Source of the DNA: Lobosporangium transversale
Lineage: Eukaryota
Direction of reading: 5' to 3'
DNA length: 64,000 bases
Assembly: GCF_002105155.1 (NCBI RefSeq)
Contig: NW_019028979.1
Span: 1,364,001 to 1,428,000 of the forward strand
Shown: positions 24,439 through 38,398 of the stretch, piece after piece
Layout: every line of letters begins with the position of its first letter
How positions within the stretch are numbered: the stretch's first letter is position 1
Program-made: the position numbers and the translations under genes
The notes under the pieces: generated by a model
Told to the model about the DNA's origin: nothing
What the model saw: only the letters and a program-made list of their open reading frames with translations
Databases searched by the model: none

Positions 24439-25488
24439 CAAATCTTAAAGGTGTTTGGTATTTTTTTAGTAGTAGTAATATACCTATGATAACTGATCAA
24501 ATCAAACCATAATGATCGAAACCTTTTACCCTCTATGGATATCCATTACAAATGTAAATTCTCTTTAATTGTTGAAAACGTAAATATGCAGGAGCCAACA
24601 TAAGGTCTGTTCAGGCTCCAATTTGATCGGGCAACTCTAGAAAGTAAGCAGGGCCGGTATGGCCCGAACTTTTACATAATGAGATCCTGTTCACCCATAA
24701 TCCGACCATATAATAAGTGGTTGGGTCTTTTTTGAATAGGAACATACAATGAATTGTCCTTCTAGCGCAGCAATAGTATATGTAGAGAGCGCCAAATGCA
24801 AGCATATTCCACACCGCAGAACACATCAAAGACCGGATCAACTTGAGGAACCGCTATGTCACGGGCACCTAAATTGAAAAGCGCAAGATTCCAATGCCCT
24901 GGAAGAGCCCGTCGGTGCTGAAAAGGATGTCAGTTAGATAAGCTGAGTACAGCTGTCGAAGCAGATCCTTGGACTGCTTTGACTTCTATTGTTCTAGGAC
25001 GCGGTACAAGTAATCTGTACAGAGCAGGCAATGTTTCTTATCGGCAAGGAAAAGGGAGTAGTTTTCTTTTAGGAGGTCTTGCTCTCCCCCCTACGTTGCT
25101 TTCACACCTTTCCTGTCCCGATATCCAGTGTTCCCCACCATCTTCTCATTCTTCGCGATGGTGAGAACGAATCCTAAGTTCCATACCCATTAATAACTAT
25201 CCAGCCTCTACTGTGTGGGTTCCGATGGTAGAACATGTTGCAGATAAATGATGTGTTTAGACAGCGCGCTATGCGTGTTACGCGTTTTGTCTGCTGAAAC
25301 CTCGTTTTTTGGGGAAGTACAACTTGGAGAATGAAAGAATGAGAACATTAGACAGAGAATTAAGCACATTCTTCTTCCATCAATGGAAAGTGACTCATTA
25401 TTTCGATTTAATGTGACACATCCATGCCGTCTCTTTTTTCCTTTATCTTCCTCCACCACCTTCGATAAACCTATAGGGACAAGACTTT

Positions 25489-27328
25489 ATGCCGCAGCAG
25501 CCATTGTCAGCAGCTATCCGTACGCTGGGCCTACCCGAAATTTCGTTCAGGATCGCTCACCTTCTGCAGACAAAGGATGCTCTCGCTTTCTCAGCTGTCT
25601 CCCGCTCCTTATATTATTCTCTCACACCATTTCTTTGGCAGGAGCTGCACATTGGTAAAACTGAGGAATATGAAGACTTGGAGCTTCAGAAGCCACTCTT
25701 CACAGGTTACAAAAGACATATCTCACTCAAATCTGTGAAGCTCCCTGCAGAGCCTTTGGAGCGCCAGAGGCTTTTGCAAGGCGTCTTTGGAAACAAGGTC
25801 TCGCTGATACGGTCTCTCCATATCCTTGATGAAGATGATATCGACGCTTCGTTCATACTAGGGGAGATGTGCACTAGTATCGAATCTGTCACTATCCATG
25901 GCTACTTCACAACCAAGTCAACTGACATAAATTTCAATAAGGATCAGATCAAGCGCTGCAAGATAATGGTTCAAAAAAATCTACCCATCTAAAGTCTTTG
26001 ACCTTAGTTGGATGGTCTTAGGCCGGGAGAATCGATTTGGAACCCACTCCTAAAATGTCATAAAGCCCAGAATTTGTGTTCGATGACTTTGAGGTGCTGC
26101 TCCATCCGAGGGCGGCATCTTAAAGCCATGTGGGCAGTCTTCGCTCAACTCGAAAGATTGGTGCTCTATAAAACTACTTTTGATTTGGAACATGGAACCA
26201 TGTCTCTCAAAGATGAAAACAGGAGTGAAAAGCGAGTGAGGTTTCCGCGGCTGCAGGAGTTTGAACTTTGGGGCTCACGTACAACAGAGCAATGGCTGGA
26301 TCTCGAGCTACTAATCGGGCAGTGCCCAGTACTCCGGAAGTTGAACTGGGTGATTGGTATCGACAAGATAGTTTATTTAGAGCATTTTTGTTCAGCTTTT
26401 TAAGGACTCTACATGGCCAGAACTTGTCTGGATTAGGGTCAAAAAAGATCGTACCCGATTTACAGATGATCTGTATGTCAGTATTTTACAAGCCGCCAAG
26501 CGTCCACTTGACCGCTTAGAGATGGACATCACTGGCCACCGCACCGACACTTTCAACTTGCTTCGAACGCATTTTGAAACTATTCAAACAATCAGTTTAA
26601 AATGCTGTTCCGATAACACGGGTGATTGGATCATTGAGGTGTTGACATCATGCCCCGCTCTAGAGTGTTTTAATGGTATGAGCATTACCGCGAAGCAGAT
26701 TATCGAATCCAAGCCTTGGGTCTGCCACCGATTACAAAAGTTGAGCCTCTTTATAGATATGGGATTCGAGGATAATGCGTTGACACGTCGATGGACTATT
26801 GATGAGCTGGAGCAATGTCGAAAGGTTTTTGGACTACTAGCAGCATTGAAGAACCTACAGATTTTGGACTTTCTCGGCTCGTTTTCAACCACGTGCGGCT
26901 ATTCGTTTTCATCCAGGTGCGGTTATTCGTCTTTACCTCATAATGCTCCTACGAACTCACGCTTCCGTCTTGTTCCTTTGCCTCTCCGGCTTAAAGCTGG
27001 CCTTGGTCTGCTCGCGGGGCTGACAAAGTTAGAGCAGGTCAGGTTTTGGGGACAACAGCAGAGAGTGCACATGGAAGAGTTGATTTGGATGAAGCTGCAT
27101 TGGGCTAATCTTAAAACTCTTGCAGGAGGATGGTCCGTCCAAACAGGAGGGGCACAGAAGAGTGCTAATCGATACTTTCGTGAAGGACTCTTGCGTGAAT
27201 GGTTGATAAAGCATGGAATCAGCACCTCAGGGTCCTATTATGTCTATGAATATCACGGAAACTTTTCGTCACACGACGTTGACTGGTGTGAAGGAAGCGA
27301 TAGTGAGGAGACTAGCCATGATAACTAG
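25489..27328 (+). pseudogene. F-box/LRR gene broken into three ORFs
   Basis: Consecutive ORFs 25489-25992, 26008-26403 and 26522-27328 encode successive parts of one family protein (LGLPEI...; WNPLL; VLTSCPAL, PWVC, LPLRLKAGL); no evident canonical introns at the breaks. Confidence 0.7.
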
Positions 27329-28471
27329 AATCTCTAGCAAAGAAATACCCTACTACCCTATAGAAAAGAGAGAAAAAGAAAAAAAAAATTGTCTCAATAC
27401 CATTCTTAGCTGTGGTTAAAGTAATTTAGTCCGTCCTGTAAACAGAATATCGTTACATTGAATCCATGGGTGCAGGGATTAAAGTAAAGAGTAAATTCGT
27501 AGCTGAGGAGTGAAGATGTAAAAGAACACCTTCTGCAAAGATGGCAACCTGTAAAGAGTGATAAAAAGATATCGCAGTATTGATCTGTCACATCATTTAG
27601 TGTCACCAACATCCCATTAATGAAACAAAGCTCCATCACGATTTTTATTAGGTTAGGACCTGCGCGTTTGCTTCGAAGTGAATGAGACACTTGGGAAATC
27701 CTTGCCACCCTACTGACTGAAGGAAGGAAAAACGGCTAGGGTCAATAAGTAATGAGATTGATCCTGGTCCTACTTTTGTCTATGAACAGACAGAAATAGA
27801 AAGTATATTCCAATCGCTTTGCTCTCATTCTAATAAGAATCCAAGAGATCATGGGACCCTTTCATAAAACAGTTAAAATTAGAGGCAGTGGAAACATCTG
27901 ATCATCCTTTCTTCCTATGTGTCATCGATGTCACGTCTGAAAGTTGAATGCTAGTGGTGAAGAAGCATTCTGGAATAAGCTTCAAGGAGATAATAAAGGT
28001 TAAAACGCAAGCTTGATGTGGACGAAAAAGGGTATGAGTGGTGTACAGACTGTAACTAGTCCATCGACAAGACAGTTGGTTGGAAGGATACAGCCTGAAG
28101 GAATAAACTGATTGAGAGCCTTGACCAAAGAGGATGGCACTGACATGGATGAATCTGTGGGCGAAGATGTGCTCAGAGAATTTATAAATTGCTTTACCGT
28201 CCCTTTTTTTTTTTTTTTTTCTTTCTTCGTCTCTCCTACTCTTCTCACTTCATTCCTCCCTCTTTCCAACTCGTTTGAACAACCAAGTGCAGCTTTCCTT
28301 CATCATCCACTCTCCCTATATTTCCGTTCAACTCTTGATTCCTCTATCGTACTTTTTCATTTTGTAATTTGTAGTTTTTTCCTCACAGCATCTCGTCAAC
28401 TATCACAAAGATTCGCCCTTCCTTTAAACCAGGCGTATCCATTATATTCGGCATTTAACTGCTCCACCATC

Positions 28472-30923
28472 ATGCCAAGGACTGCGAACTCTGCCGAGAG
28501 CTCTGCTCCTTGTGACGAGCCAGGCGCAGGCACAAGTTCGATCTTTGATGGTAAGAAAGCAACACAACTGCTCTATGTATATCCAAGGATTTTTTTTAAT
28601 TTATCTCGCAAATTACAATCAACCGAGAGGATGCCAGCGATTTCAGATGACACAATAGAAACAGAGGATGATATGGAAGAGGAATTTGTCACACCATGAG
28701 ATGCATGGCATCTGAAAAAAAAAGTATTTTTATGGGAATAGAACTGCACCCCCTTTAACTTGGAAATTGCAGCATGTGGTTGGTTTGGTGGCGACATGTG
28801 TATGACATGAGTCTATGACAAACAGATGAGCCATCTTGATAGGCAGATCTCGTCATTGCATGCGCAGACGTGAACCACTTGTTCTTCATGTTTCACAAGG
28901 GACAAAAGGATATTTGCTAAACTTGTCTTGGTTAATTTTTTTTTTCCTCATAGTGTCAGTCAATATCCTGAATTGTACTGTGGGGTCAGGAATTTTAGCC
29001 TTACCGTTTGCGCTCAAGTAAGCATGATCATCTTGGCACCTACAGAACACAGAATGTGGGCCTAAGTGGGCCACATGAAAGGAACACCCCTTGAATACTG
29101 ACGTATATTTATTCTACTCCTTTTTTTTTTTTCCTTTCATCAGAGAGAGCGGGTTCGGACTTGGTCTTACACTATCAGTCGTAGTATCAGCTCTCTGCTG
29201 GTTTGCTCTCTATATACTCATCATCTCGGGAAAACGCATCGGTGTATACAAGTATCCCGCTCTCTGTGAAGGTAACATTATAGTAACGAACAAATTTGCA
29301 GCATATAACTGTATGGACGGTGATCCTGATTCTGACCTAGCAACTCTTTATTTTCTTTTCTGGGGCTACAGCAACTATGGGCCCATTTGGAAACTATCTA
29401 TTAAATGGAGTAATGTTTTTCCAATCGGTTGGTGCCTGCATCACATACTTGATCGTCGTAGGAGATACTATTCCTGTAGTTTTGGAGCTCGCTGGGATTG
29501 AAGCCACTCGACAATGGACTATTTTTATCTCGTCCTTGATCTTCGTAAGTCCGAGAACAACGCTTCGATGCAATACATAAATGCATGTTGTACGAAAACA
29601 AGCATGCTTTTGATTTAAAGCAGTAAACTGGTGCTTACTTTTTTGTGTTCAGATTCTTCCTTGGCTCTTTTATAGATCGATCGGATCTCTGACCACGGTT
29701 TCGATCGTCTCAGTGTTAACTCTTCCTCCCATTTTGCTCATTGTTGCTGTTCGTGGTTTTTATTATGCGCCTGAACATAAGCACTCATATGAATTCGTTG
29801 GTGATAATGTCTTCCCCGCAATTGGAGTCATGGCCTTTGCAATGCTTTCGACTCAGGTATGCAAGTGACTCATTATAGCACTCAATCTAGATATTGAACC
29901 AGGAACGATCAAGAGCAAAAAATAATGCTTACTAAAAAAAAAAAAATCTACTACTTTGCCATCTTCTGGGTATCATCTGATCACAGACTGCATTCCTCAA
30001 CTTCACGACGATGGCTCAGCCTACGCGCAAAGCATGGGGACAGGCCACTGCAATTGCTGTCTTCACTTCATGGCTGGCCTCCTTTGTATTTGCAATCTTT
30101 GGCTTCGTTGCATTTGGAGTCGATGTCCAGGCCAATATCTTCAACTCCTTTCCCCTCACAGATTACTATATCAATTTGGGACGCGGTCTTCTCGGGTTCT
30201 CCATGTATTTGACATTCCCACAAGCTGTGAGTAAAATATACATATATTCATATGGTAATACATTTAGTGGACGAATGCTATCTGAATCCTTTTATTCATG
30301 ATCTAGATATTTTACGCTTATTTGCTTTATAGTTCCTTCCTGCTCGTTCGTCCCTCCACAGTATCCTCGGTCACGAAGACAACACAAAATCACCCACAAT
30401 CAAAGAACACCTATACACCACCATTGCCCTCTTCATCCCCATCCTTGTTATTGGAGTCTTTGTTACAAACCTAGGTCTTCTATATCAGCTCATTGGAGGC
30501 TTCTGCTCCACCTTCCTCGCTTACATCATACCCGGCGCATGCTATTTTTTGGTTTTCTGGAGGAACGATTTCATCGGCAGCGTTGGTGGTCTCTCAAGCT
30601 TGCCTTCAAACGATGATGAGTATGGAGAAGATCGCTATGAGGATGATGAGGATTCATTGGATGATGAGCAGGAGCGTTTGATAAAACAAAAGTCGGCAGT
30701 GGTTAAAACATCCACCTCCTATGGAGCAACTTCGCCATCACTCTCTACACCTTCGTCATCTGCAACCGTTCTACAAACTACCGAAATTTCCAAGAGACGT
30801 AAGGAAGATCGTAAGACTGAATTGTGGTTAGATATCGGAGCAGGTGTACTTGTAGTCTTTGGTGTGTTTGTAATGCTCATTTCGACCGCAATTACCCTCA
30901 AAAAGATGCTTGAGGTTGTATAG
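28472..30923 (+). CDS. Amino-acid transporter, Aa_trans (AVT2/SLC38A11-like), multi-exon
   Basis: Exon fragments NILNCTVGSGILALPFALK, ESGFGLG, YLIVVGDTIP, FPAIGVMAFA, GFVAFG...NIFNSF, GGFCSTFLAYIIP separated by GT-AG introns; start codon tentative. Confidence 0.8.
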
Positions 30924-31090
30924 TTGTACAATATGGAGGCTTTTTTTTTCAACTGTACATTATTTCTATTTTTAACCGCAGCAAAAGTTAGTATAATAGA
31001 GCAAGGTTCTCATTCCATTCCTTTACCTCATTAAAGAAGAAAAAAAAAAAAAAAAAAAAAAATCCCCTCCGGCTGTAACTATACTTTATT

Positions 31091-32746
31091 ATGGCGGTCT
31101 CTATTTCTACATCCGTCGTCAATATCAACCCATTGACAATTCCAGAACTCCTAGTACATTTGAGCGTGTATGTCGATTATACAGACCTTCTGAACTGCAT
31201 CCAGGTGTCCAAGGCCTGGTACCAGGCCTTCATACCCATGGTTTGGGATACCATTAAACTTACTTTTCCGCTCGAAGTTTGGAAACCGAAAGGACTGGAA
31301 GGGTCTCCTGTAGAAAACGTGTATAAGGAAGACGGCAATGATGAAGCTGTCAATTTTAAACAGAAAGCTCTCCAGAAGCATGCTCATTTAGTCCGACATA
31401 TCATTTTCTCACATGGAGTTGGTCCTGGCCACTCCATGGTATATTATCCTAACCTCTTAAGTTTAAGAGTCCTAAGGATCTTATCCAGTCAAGAAAACAT
31501 TCATGCTCTCCTTACAAAGTTACAGGATCAAACCCGAAACCAGAGTCATGATACTCTTGATAGTCTGGAACAACCACAGAAACAGCAACAACAATCCCTT
31601 CTTACTCACCTTGAACTTCGTGATCATGCGCATGACTTTATGTTTGGCGCCAAACTTGATACTATTCTCTTGAATTTGATGCTTGGCTTTCCAAATCTGA
31701 AAGACTTGCGATTGTACGAGCTGTCTATCCACACAGCCGAGGATATGATCCTTTTCATGAAGTTATGTGGGCAACTCGAGACCTTAGTACTAGTCAAAAC
31801 AACGCTAATGCCTCTCGACCATCCCGACCATCCCAACTTAAACTCTACAGTAACAACAGCCCTATTTCCAAAGATGAAAAAGATGAGGATTACGGTAGAA
31901 CGGCGGATGTCAGCACATGACCAACTCGACTGGATCAGTCGTTGCCCATCCTTGACTAGTCTTCAATGGTCCACATCACGATCTGTAGAACCGCTCCCAT
32001 TATCAAAATTCGGTCAGAGATTAACCGAAGGGACCTGGCCACTTCTTCAAGATCTTCAACTGACGAATGTGATAGCATCGGATGAAGTGTGGGCTGTTGT
32101 CATCCAAGGCATGACCCATATCCAGAAACTTTGTATCCCGGACGCTCAATTTGGTCCGCTGTCTATGAATGCACTTCGGCCTCATTTTCCACATCTTCAA
32201 TATTTGAATATCACGGCCCATAAACTCATCACAGGCCCCTTCATCCCAGAGATTTTGGCTTCCTGCCCTCGATTGGAGCATCTGGAGGCCGATCATGTCT
32301 GGGGTGAAGATATTTTGGAGGGCAAACCATGGGCATGCACTTTGTCACTGAAGCACCTCGAGATTTATTTCGAACTTCCTGCACCACCAATGACTTCCAA
32401 AACAAAAGAAATCCAACTGAATATCTTTTCAAGGTTGGCTCAACTACAGAATCTAGAGGTACTGGATGTCGGCAACCGAGAACCATTTTGGCCCTCAGCC
32501 CGTCGTGGAACTCTGGTGTTCCGGCTGGAAAATGGTCTAGGAACACTAGCACCAATTAGACGATTAAGGCGGCTACATGTGGGGATGAGTCATGATCAAG
32601 ATATGGGAATAGATGAAGTCCAATGGATGATAGAACATTGGAAAAACTTGAAGTTGCTCGACGGGAAAATTAACGAGCATTCTGATGTGAATGGCGATGT
32701 TAGAGCAACCCTGGCGAACGCCGGTATTCAAGTACTTCCGTATTAA
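31091..32746 (+). CDS. Intronless F-box/LRR protein, 551 aa
   Basis: NPLTIPEL...CIQVSKAW; ILASCPRL, PWAC, IFSRLAQL, FRLENGL, WMIEHWKNL. Confidence 0.85.
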   Translation: MAVSISTSVVNINPLTIPELLVHLSVYVDYTDLLNCIQVSKAWYQAFIPMVWDTIKLTFPLEVWKPKGLEGSPVENVYKEDGNDEAVNFKQKALQKHAHLVRHIIFSHGVGPGHSMVYYPNLLSLRVLRILSSQENIHALLTKLQDQTRNQSHDTLDSLEQPQKQQQQSLLTHLELRDHAHDFMFGAKLDTILLNLMLGFPNLKDLRLYELSIHTAEDMILFMKLCGQLETLVLVKTTLMPLDHPDHPNLNSTVTTALFPKMKKMRITVERRMSAHDQLDWISRCPSLTSLQWSTSRSVEPLPLSKFGQRLTEGTWPLLQDLQLTNVIASDEVWAVVIQGMTHIQKLCIPDAQFGPLSMNALRPHFPHLQYLNITAHKLITGPFIPEILASCPRLEHLEADHVWGEDILEGKPWACTLSLKHLEIYFELPAPPMTSKTKEIQLNIFSRLAQLQNLEVLDVGNREPFWPSARRGTLVFRLENGLGTLAPIRRLRRLHVGMSHDQDMGIDEVQWMIEHWKNLKLLDGKINEHSDVNGDVRATLANAGIQVLPY

Positions 32747-32871
32747 TAGCTGTAGAGTAAATTAATTAAACGTCTACTTTTATGCATTTAATACAGATCC
32801 TTGTGCGCGTCTTTTTATTTCTTTACTTTAACTTGAAGAATGATTTACGACTAAATTTTTATTGCTAACGA

Positions 32872-35800
32872 TCATTCTTCGGATGCGGTATGAGTTGCCT
32901 GGTATCCAGTGGTTGCCAAATGGCTCTCAAGGTGCTCTAGAACGAATGGATACACTTCTTTGTAAGCCTTGTCGCCCACAATGCAATCCATGTGACCATA
33001 GCCTGCAATCACCTCACGCCTGTATTTGCTCTTGTAATCATATGCCATGTTGGTCATTGGCAACAGATCTCGAAGCTGCTCTACAGTCCTGAGCGTAGAT
33101 TCTGGAACGAATACTTGACTCTTAGCGCCATGAATCAATAACACAGGCACATTTTCAAAAGCCCTCTTCAAATTCTCAGGCGTAACCAAATCTTTGCCCT
33201 CAGTATCCATCAATGTCTGCGCCTTACACCAGCCATTGACCATTCCTTTCAAGGTCTCAATATTGATGGAGCCCATGACTTCGTCCAAATGATCATGGAA
33301 GTTATTGGATAGCTTGTCGTGCTCCCACAGCAAGCCATAGCAGAATGAAGCACGATGGCAAATAGCATTATTGCAGTATTCATGCAGAGGCATGGGCAAG
33401 AATCTCAGCGCGTTGTCAATCGCACGATCCAGCAATGTCACTTTGTTGGAGGGCTTTTCTACTGTTGGAGCATCTGATCCCTCTGCTTTAGATGAAGGCG
33501 AATGTGTGACCACATCAAATCCATCCTGGCCCAAGACCTTCTCGAACAATGGTACAAGTTGCAAGTTTTGCTTGATTTTGTTAGCGACTGAAATCAAGGG
33601 ACGAGTGGCGACTTGAAACGAGACTACCGATCCAACGCCCTCGATCTCGCCGTTTAACATACCAGCCCATAAAGTTAGAGAGCCGATACAATGAGCAACG
33701 ACTTGGATGTTTTTAACCCCCGTCTCTTTCAAGATGATCTTGATGGCGGCGGCATGGTCTCGTGCACCTCCATAAATGGGCGATTGGCGGTGGGAATCCT
33801 CAACGGTGACCGAGAGGCGCCAGTCAGAAAGCCAGACATCATAGTCATTTGCCAAGAGGAAGTCACACAGATTGTGAGGGATTAAGTCGGTGGCGAACAA
33901 TTCGGAGCTGATTGCAGCGCCATGAATCTTTACATGGATAATCATGAATTGAAGCAGAAAGGAAATTAAAGCAAAAATAGAAGTTTAGATACCTTTGCAA
34001 TTCCGCGAAAAGATAAGTGATTGAACAACTCTGTTAAAAAAAAAAAAAAAAATTAAAAGGCATTGCTTACCAATAGAACTGGGCCTTTCTTACCCTTGTA
34101 GCGGGTGAGGCGAGTGTTGAAGCCATCCGACGAGACAACACCGTATACCTGGGATGTAGGGCGCTGACGAGGATAGCTCTTTCGAGTTTTCGAATCTTCA
34201 GGGTATTTGAGCTCGTTCAAGAAGGGCAAATAGGTTTTAACAGTAGCATTGAGCGTAGAGACACTAAAATCCTTGATTGCCTTCAAATTGGCAGTGACAC
34301 TGGAGCTCTCACCCTAGAACCGATCCATAAAAAAAATAAAAAAATAAAAAAAAGTCCCTTATCCTTTAGACCTCATAGGTACTGATACGATATTGAGCAA
34401 AAAATGACAATCAGATGCCCAACTTACCCGAAAAGATGATATTTGACTGAAAAAGTCATCATCGTGTTCACCTAGCTTGCCACGTCCGAAAACTTTCTCA
34501 ACGCCATCTTCGACCTTGTATATAGTCACAAGGATACGCGATGGCTTGATCCATCCTTCAAGGACATGACCAGTAGAGATAGGCTTGCGACCCTCGAGGC
34601 GGTATCGATCTCCAGTAGCGCACAACAAGATCATCTTGTACAGGATGGCATGTTCGTCAGCAGGATCTTCCTCGGTTCCGGTATAGACCATGAATACACC
34701 AGTCTCGATCATCATGGGTTGATCTGACAGAGCTCTGCAGGACACAGTTCCTACAATCCTAGCACGATGATCTGTTCTCTTGAGGAACTCCTCAATAGGA
34801 CCTGTTGAAAGTGTGAGGACCACGTTCATGGTGGATCCCGCAGACCTAGCTTGATTGTCTGCTGTATCGAAATCCTCTGTCAGAATCACAGTCGAGAGGT
34901 GACCCTTCAACATCTCTGTAAAAGTAACTCCGGGTTTCTTTTTTGACTCTGCCTTCTCGGAAGACTTGCTCCAAGAGCCAAACATGGAGGGGAGCGTCCT
35001 GCTTGGTTGAGCTGTATCCTCATCAGAGTCAGAGGTATCACTTTTATCACCGGGGAATGGTTCAGAGACGATCAGTCCACGAACGTCACCCTCGGCATCA
35101 GCGACATCTTCGAGAGCAGATTTTCTAAGTTTCTGGGCCCATACATAAGATTCGGTTGCCTTTTCATCGTATGGAATAGGGAATTGGGGTGTCTTAAAGT
35201 CGATAGGGACTGTAGTAGCATCATACTTGATAGTCCAACCGCGATCGCGCGCTAAGAGAGCACATGCACGCTCTGCGAGCGCAGAGATGGTCAAGAAAGG
35301 GTTGACACCCAGTGACATGGGCATGGCAGCACCGTCCATGACGTACAATCCCTCATAGACCTCATCACCTTGCCCAGTGAAAACTTGTCCCTTGTGGTTG
35401 ATAACACCCTCAGCAGCAGTGCGCCCTATGCCACAGCCTCCAATTGGGTGGACCGTGACGATAGCATCATCCGTAGCAGAAGTCAATGGGTCACGAACAT
35501 ATACTCCGCGAACAGCCTCGGCAAGAGGTTCAAGCAACTTGTCCAGTCTCGCGAAGTTGCGGCTGGTACCGACGCCAGGCCACTGAATACGGATCCGATC
35601 GTCTTTCAGGAGCAATTCACCACGTGCATCATCGTGTGACATAACCAAGAAAGTCTGAGTGTTGGCCATAGCGCCTCTATAAACACCAGCTACATAAGAT
35701 GACAGCTCGCGTGCGTTCCTGCCAATCTTCTCCTGGAAGGTCAGATCCTGTGCGGTCTTGAATGACTTGCTCGATTTCTCGCACATGACTTGATAAATAC

Positions 35801-36932
35801 TCCTCAATAGCAATGCAGCTTGCGCGGGAACTGCACCTTCCTCCACGACATATCCATCCATGACATTGGGTGCATCACGATAATCAATCAGTCCTGTAAT
35901 GACAGGACCAACTTTTTTCTCAAACTTTTTGGGGTCTTCGTCTCCCATGGATACTCCATTCACGAGGGTTTCGCCATTGTAGGAAAACGCTAGGAACTAT
36001 GCATACCAGCAATACAAAAACAGGGTCGTGAGACAACTGATTTTCACATGAAGCTTTGCCCCCTTCTGAGCATTGAACTGTTTCGAACGCCTTGCATCGA
36101 ACAAAGCAGTCTCTACAGTTTTTTTTTTTTTTTTTTTTACTACTTACATCGCCATTTCCACTAAAGTGCTTGCCTAGTTGGTTTGAAGTCTGAAGCCCGC
36201 TCTTTTGAGAGCGTAGCAAGATCTCAGTCGTACCCAATGCGCCTGCTCCTAAGACAACAATGTCTGCAGTGACAAACATGGGTGCAATAGGAGCACCATG
36301 GTCTGCCAAGAATGTTGCCCGGCTTGAATCATGCCATTCAAAATACACAACATAGGGTGCTGGCTGATTGGGTTTTTTGTTAGACCGCTCGACACGAACG
36401 ACGTTACAGCAGGTGAAGATTTCAGCACCATGGTTCCATGCATCAGGAATATAGTTCATGAGCGTTGTGTTCTTGCTCCAATCATTAACTCCAGTGGTGT
36501 CATTGCCTGTGAGTGTACTGGCCTTTTGAAAAACACCTGCAGGGTTGAGCGCATCCTTGAAGTGAACCGTGATGGGTGGTCGGATAAAACGGTGATGAGC
36601 ACCTGCACCTTTGGCCTGAACCTCGAGTGTGGCGAGCTTGGGAAGGACAGGCCAGTCTTCAGGATAGGATGTAGGCTGGAGCATATCAATGGCACGTTGG
36701 AACGATTGGTCCAATAGTTCTTTATCCTGCCTGATCTCCTCTGGCCAAGTCTCGTCTTCGAAGATGCGGGGATCTGGCTTGAGAGCTGTATTAGCGTTCA
36801 AGAGTGATGTTCCTCCAAGGCTAGACCATTCATAAGATTAATAGAATAGTCATTAGATCTACTGCAGCACTTATTTTTCCCACAGCTTTAAGATGTTAAG
36901 TCTACTCTTAACCCCTGTTGCCAAAAAAACTA

Positions 36933-36963
<31 letters not shown>

Positions 36964-37309
36964 ATTGCTTAAAGTGCATTCCTCCATTCATTGCTTACCC
37001 GCATGCAACAAAGGCCCATTGATCCTTATTTTTGTGAATCTCATAAAGTCCGGTACGCTTGCCTTCATGCCCATGCTCACCGTTAAACTGAACTTCTGAA
37101 GCACATTTCAGTGTGTCTTCAGGGTATTCACCAGGCCACCGCTCTTCGCCACGCTCAAGAATACAAACACGCTTGCCAGCTCGTGCAAGGCGCGATGCAG
37201 CAATGGAGGCACCGTAGCCCGATCCTACTACAACTACATCGTAATGGCTCTTGAGTTTTGTTAAGGAAGAACCAATCCTTGGAGGACGATTTTTCTTGCG
37301 ATCAGGCAT
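32872..37309 (-). CDS. GMC oxidoreductase (cholesterol-oxidase-like) fused to a C-terminal alpha/beta hydrolase; about 5 exons
   Basis: FAD motif VVVVGSGYGASIAA...ILERG, GGTSLLNAN, LGAGALGTTEILLRS, VHPIGGC, DGAAMPMSLGVNPFLTI; hydrolase part LIHG..., VAHCIG nucleophile elbow, GYGHMD. Confidence 0.85.
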
Positions 37310-37407
37310 TGGATATGATATTTATTTAAATTAATTGAAGAAAGGGTATTTACAAATGATGTAGAAATGTGAATGAGCAACAGGTCAACGAATGAAAAAG
37401 AATGAGG

Positions 37408-37542
<135 letters not shown>

Positions 37543-38398
37543 AAATACTTCTTTAACGTGGGTAGCGGAGGGCTCTCAACGGGTCTTTGTCCCATCCGTC
37601 CCGACTAATTCTTGATTTTCTTTTCTTACTGATCTTTTTCTTTTACTTGCTTATGCGATGATGTTCGTTGGTTCAAAAACATATGTGCACATCTGTGCAG
37701 TTGGTCCTAATGCTCAATGTCCCAAACCCCAAATCTCGGCCCTACATATCAAATTCCGAGGAGGAAAAATACTTTTCCACATTGACTTGATGGGCTATGT
37801 ACTATCTCATTCAGCCTGTGCCTCAAGGACATGTGAATTATTTAAAAAAAAAAAAAAAAAAAAGCATTTTATAATTGACACACATGCTTCATGATCCCAA
37901 GCAAGCCCTTGACCGGACAAGCAGAACAGGACGATATCCTTATTCAAACCATGTTTTTTTTTAGAAATACTTAATGGCGCTTTGATAAAGATTAATTTGT
38001 CTGATCCTCTTCTGAATGGATGCGGATGTTGAACGTGTGCCTAACAAATAAAATTCCGGGCTGTGTTTAGTGGTGTTTCTGTTCAATATACTTTCAACGT
38101 GCCAACATGGCTGAAACATGTCAATTGACTAATTCACAAATTGACCCATTGACCATGTCTTCATTAATTCTTTGGCACAACCATCATTCTATGTCTGCAT
38201 CATCCCTCTATTACCACGCAGAATGTAGTCCATTCGCAAAGTACATGACATGACCAAACAATGCCTGATTGTACCAAAGTTCAGATCTGTTGGCCACCAA
38301 CGTGATATAAGGAGCCTCTTTTAGCTCCGCAGCCAGAACGTGTTCAACTCTTTTCTTTCTTTTATCCTGTTACTACATGAAACATCGAAACTTTTACG

